Shown: one piece after another, positions 58,708-64,000 of the stretch
Numbering within the stretch: position 1 is the first letter of the stretch
How the letters are laid out: every line of letters begins with the position of its first letter
Source: Piromyces finnis finn
Lineage: Eukaryota > Fungi > Neocallimastigomycota
Direction of reading: 5' to 3'
DNA: 64,000 nucleotides
NCBI GenBank assembly: GCA_002104945.1
Contig: MCFH01000014.1
Location: 124,001-188,000 of the forward strand
Program-made: the position numbers and the translations under genes
The notes under the pieces: generated by a model
What the model was told of the DNA's origin: nothing
Database searches by the model: none
What the model saw: only the letters and a program-made list of their open reading frames with translations

Positions 58708-59311
58708 ATGAATTCAATTTGTGAAAAGAGGAATTCGAATGAAATTAAAAATACTCATTGTTATCCTATTTTATGTCAAGAAAATGAGTCGAAACCATAT
58801 ACTACAGAACTGTGTGTAGAAGTAGAATATGATTATCAAAATTTATATAATTCACAAAAATATGAAGATAAAAATATTCCTGAAGAATCACAATCGTATA
58901 CTACAGAACTATATGAAGAAGAAGGACAATATTATCAAAGCTCATATAATTCAATAATAAAATTTAAGTAATACACAATTGCATACTGCTGCATTTTTTT
59001 CCATACTATTTGTTGAAAAAATAGAAGCTATAGAATTCAAAGTGTTAAAGAATATGGCAAAAATAATATATCCTTCTAATAATACTGACACTCAAAGTAT
59101 TATACCTACCACTACTAATATTAATAATACTGTTAGTGTTACTAAAACTAATAGTGTCATTAATACTAGAAATAATACTGTTTTTTCTACTGAAAATACT
59201 ATTACTAATGCGAATTATACTATTAATGATATCAATGATAAAAATTCTACTAATACAATTGTTCCATCAATGTTTCATCTAACGCAATTAAAACTTCTAA
59301 TTCACTTTTAG
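58708..59311 (+). pseudogene. Possible decayed or lineage-specific gene: two short adjacent ORFs (internal YTTEL repeat; Thr/Asn-rich stretch with signal-peptide-like start)
   Basis: Coding-like composition but no recognisable domain. The two ORFs are out of frame with each other. Confidence 0.25.
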
Positions 59312-59802
59312 GAATTATTAATGTTATGATTGCAATTCTTATGTTCGTTTCATAATAAAAAAAATAATCAATTTAGTTTAAATAAATATTATAATAAAGA
59401 AGAAGAAGAAAGAGTTGATGTATTTTAAAATTATTAATAAAATTTTATTTATTAATTATTCAAATATCACAAAAAAAAAAAAAATAATAAATAAAATTTT
59501 AAGATTTCCAATAAAAAAATAATATATGAAATTAAAGATTTATGAATTAATTTTTTTTTTATTATTATTATTTATTTTTGTTGTTTTTAAAAAGGTTGTT
59601 TTAAACAACATAAATTTATATAAATTTTAAAAAATAATATAAAATAAAATAGACAATCTAATAATAAATAATAAATAAAATTATATGAAATAAAAATAAA
59701 AAGAACAAACAATATAATAATAACAATAGTAAAAATAATAATAAATAAATAATTAAAAATATAATAAAGCTATTTTGTAAAAAATTTTTTATTAAAAAAA
59801 AA

Positions 59803-62261
59803 ATGTTATCAAAACGTCAACTGGATAATTTAAGTCCAGAATTAAAACCTTATTTAAAATATGGTATTGTTATAGATGCTGGTAGTTCTGGTTCAAGAAT
59901 TCAAATTTATTCATGGATAGATACTAATTTTTTAATGGAAAAAATACAAAGCGGTGAAGGTGATAAATATCAAGATTTCATTACAAGTGATGGTTTACCT
60001 ATAATTAAACAAGGTTCTTCCAACGATAACTTTGATGCACAATTAAAAATAGATACCGAAGGTATATTAAAATGAAGTATAAAAAAAAAATTGGTATATT
60101 ATATATATAATTGTTTTTATTTATGTTTTTATTTTTTTAATTCTTTCATATCTTTTGCTTTTGTTTTTATTCTTCCTGCTTTATTTTGTTTTGTTTTTTT
60201 AAAAATAAAAATAAGATAAAATAAAAAAAAAAAAAAAAAAAAAAGGAAAAAATAACTTTTTTGTAAAATATATTTTTAAAATTGAAAATAAAATTTATTT
60301 ATTATATAAATAATTTTCATTTTATTTTATTTTTCCCTAACTTTATAAATAATGTATATATTAAAGTATATTATTAATATTTTTTAATTTTATATTCAAT
60401 ATATTAATTTTAAAAATAAAAAGGCATTTCAGCTTATGCTGGTCATGCCAAAGATATTGGACCAAATCATATTAAAATCTTAATGGATTATGCTATGTCA
60501 TTTATACCAAGTGATAAGTATGCAGATACAGAAGTATACTTATTCGCAACTGCTGGAATGCGACTTTTAACCGATATACAACAAAAAGAAATTTTAGATG
60601 AAATTTACAACTACACAAAAAATAATTATCAATTTAAATTAAAAAATAGGGAAACAAATATTCGAGTAATTTCAGGAGAAGAAGAAGGTTTATTCGGTTG
60701 GATATCCACTAATTACTTACAACATGGATTTAGTGTTGATGAAGGTACAAATGAACGTCAAACTTATAATTTTGTTGATATGGGAGGTGCGTCTACCCAA
60801 ATTGCATTTGAATTAAATAAAAAAATTAAAATTGACGGTAAAAGTATAGACGCATTACAAAATGCTAAAAAAAATAAAAGTGATAAAAATATAATAAAAT
60901 TAAATATCAATAATTTATATGGAGATTCTTTAGATTTTAATATTTTTGTTATTACCTTCCTTCAATATGGTGTTAACGAAACTAGACGAAGATATTTAGA
61001 AGCATTTCTAGATAAAAAGAGAAAAGACGAGAATTATCAAGCATTATTAAAAGCATATAATTCAAATACCCAAGAAGAAAAAAGAGAAGAAAAAAACGAT
61101 GGAGATGCTATTCCTAAAGCACTTATTGAATCAAATAAAAACACTGCAGAAATGGATGAGAATATTGAACCAAAAGAAGCACCACAAAATGATGATACAA
61201 TCAATTCATCGCCCATTAAAAAGCCATCTATATCAGTGAATATAGCATCTTCTACCGATGAAAAAGATAAATTAATATGGGAGGATCCATGTCTTCCAAT
61301 AAATGGTCGTCAAGATTTAATTAAACCATTAGATTATGTTAATATGTTTGGAGGAAAAGAAGGTAAATTTATAGAAGAAAATGTTATTATCAAAGGTACT
61401 GGTCAGTACGATGAATGTGTTAAAGATGTCTATCCTTTATTAAATTCAACCATCCCATGCACCTCCGATTCTTGTCTTTTCAATAATATTTACAGTCCCT
61501 ACACCGACTTTAATGATGGAAAATTTGTTGCTATCGGTAAATATTGGGATGTTACTAACGTATATCATCAAGCTGGTCTCTATGATTATGACGATTTCCA
61601 GAAATCATCCATAGATTTTTGTAAAACTGATTGGTCCGTTCATTTAAATGACTATAATACTGGCAAATATCCAGATTTAAGAAGGCCTTATGATCTTGCC
61701 TTAAATTGTTTCCGTAGTGCCTATCTTGAAAATATTATTCATCAAGGATACAAGATACCAAAGGAAGATAATGAAGCAATTCCACTTACTACTATTGCCT
61801 ATATTAATGGTACTGAAGCTTCCTGGGCCTTAGGAGCATTAATTAATCAAATTAGTGGTACTATTGGTAGTTATGATCCAAATGCCACTTCAGCAGTCAA
61901 TTCAAAGTCCATTGCGGCCAATTTTATTAGTACATCACATAACCTATCAATTTCAGCAGTATCCATTATTGCAGTTGCAGCGGTTATTCTCTTCCGTCAA
62001 CGTAAAAACAATTCCAATAAATATAAGGATAGTTTAGAAGAAGTTCCTTTAACCAACATTCATACTGAAAATATAGATGATCAAACAGATTCTGTTCTTG
62101 ATATAGATCAAGAATTAGAAGGATTATCAGTACCTTCACAATATGATACTGAAATTTTGGAAGATGATGATAATATAGACATTGCTATTGATAATGCCAT
62201 CACTGATCATGAAAATGATAAAAGTAATAGAGATACCGAACAATTACTTTCTTTAAATTAA
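59803..62261 (+). CDS. YND1: GDA1/CD39-family apyrase, Ynd1-like; exons 59803-60061 and 60424-62261
   Basis: ACR1 YGIVIDAGSSGSR, ACR2 ATAGMRLL, ACR3 ISGEEEGLFGW, ACR4 DMGGASTQ and ACR5 SWALGA. A single C-terminal TM segment and an acidic tail ending DTEQLL (dileucine-type). Confidence 0.9.
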
Positions 62262-62987
62262 ATATAATACGCCTAGATGGCACAAAGTAAAGAAAAAAAA
62301 TATACTCTAAAAAAAAAAAAGTATTATTAAAATAGGATATAAAAAAATAGATATAAATATTTAAACTATATATACACACATGTTAATAGATAGTTTAATG
62401 ATTTTTAGTTTATTACTGTTATTATAATTAATATAATATTATGTATATAATTAAAATTATTTATAAAAATTATAATATTTTTTATTTTTACCACCTAATT
62501 AAAATAATATTAATTGATAGTACTACAGTTTTTTATCCTTTCCATTCATTTTTTATTATTTCAATTTATAATAAAACTAAAAAAAAAAAAAAAAAAAAAA
62601 AGATAACTCATTATGATCATCTTTATATATATACTTGAAAATTAAAAAAGAAAAAGAAAAAAGAAAAAAAATATACATTAGAATTTATAGAGTACTTTAA
62701 ATTAAATAATACTATATGATAAAATAAATAAAATACTATCATAAAATTGAATTCTAATATAATCTCTTTTTTTTTTTTTTAATTGCATTTTGTTTTTTAA
62801 TACACTTTAAAATATATATAATCGTGTAACCATTGATTTGAAAATTATTTTTTAAATAAAAAAAAAATAAAGTATTATTTATTCTTTTAAAACTTGAAAT
62901 AGATTATTATCCAATTTATATATATATGAACTTTCTATTTTTCACTTTTGAATTATAAAAAAAATTTAAAGCTATAAAATTAAAAAG

Positions 62988-63038
62988 GTACAACATATAC
63001 AATATTGATGATTGAAATCAATATTGTATATGTTGTAC
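62988..63038. other. Perfect 22-bp inverted repeat with 7-nt loop
   Basis: GTACAACATATACAATATTGAT-GATTGAA-ATCAATATTGTATATGTTGTAC. Confidence 0.9.
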
Positions 63039-64000
63039 ATTTATTTCATGTGAAAGTCAAAATAAATAATTTCATATTATAAAAAAAAACACATATCATA
63101 AGAGACCTAATAACACTGAATGACACAATTTTTGATACTGATTTACATATCATTGCATACCATTACATACCAAAATATATATGTATATATATTAATCAAA
63201 AGACTTTAATAAGATACCTCTATACTAAATTATTTATTAAAAATCATATAAAACTATTTAATATAGTATAGGTGAATGAATTAAGTATACTATTTTTATA
63301 ATATATGACTGATCATAATAATACATAAATAGTTTATAAATATAATATGTTTAATAACTGATCGATCATAATACTTATAATTTTACAATAAATAGTTTAT
63401 GCAACATTTTAAAATATTAAAATGAATTTATATTAATTTTTTTATAAACAAATTAAGTTGAATGTGAATAAATATATATTATAAGCAATGTTAAATAGAG
63501 GTTTAAATCGAATTCAAATTTAAAAGGGAGTAATTATATATTTTAAATTTACATATGAAATTATGAGAAACAAATTAACTTTTACTAACTTTGTCTTTTT
63601 ATTTCATAAACATTTAAAAAAATATAATTTAATGTCATTTTACAATTTCACAAGCTTTAGATAATATATGAACGATTCTATTTAATATAATAAAAAGTTG
63701 CAATTTGAATATACTCATATATATATGAGAAATGTATTTTTATTAATAACTATTTTTATTAAATAGAATATTTATTGATATATCAACACATAAATAACGA
63801 CAACATTTAATATTTATGGAATGATATTCGAAAGTGGCATAATATTAATAATATTAACAAGTTATTAACGAGATATTAACAGCGGTATGTAATGTTAATA
63901 TTATCTATGATTAATTACTATAAATAACTGCTTAATAATTAAACTCAACACCTATAGTATATATAATATATGGAATAATTAATATAAATTATACTTTTTT

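Overview
Extremely AT-rich eukaryotic DNA with short GT-AG introns and long A/T runs. This is most consistent with an anaerobic gut fungus (Neocallimastigomycota; inferred from composition and gene content). About ten host genes can be supported: two tandem 7TM GPCR-like paralogs, a tandem-domain Stealth phosphotransferase, an ODC antizyme with a +1 frameshift, an 11-exon trehalose-6-P synthase/phosphatase, a repeat-rich low-complexity protein, a small Cys-rich GPI-type protein, a Nudix hydrolase, a C2H2 zinc-finger protein, a CBS-PB1 tail-anchored protein and a GDA1/CD39 apyrase. Four young retroelement insertions have perfect target-site duplications. (1) A full-length single-ORF APE-RT LINE whose 5' end is a tandem 124-nt structured, covarying RNA module. 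(2) A 5'-truncated copy of the same LINE in a similar target sequence. (3) A GC-rich tRNA-Leu-headed SINE-like retroposon with a group I intron-like core and perfect spliceosomal signals. (4) An intact Ty1/copia element whose PBS matches the anticodon arm of tRNA-Lys(CUU), implying half-tRNA priming. All RNA structures were folded by eye and need computational confirmation.
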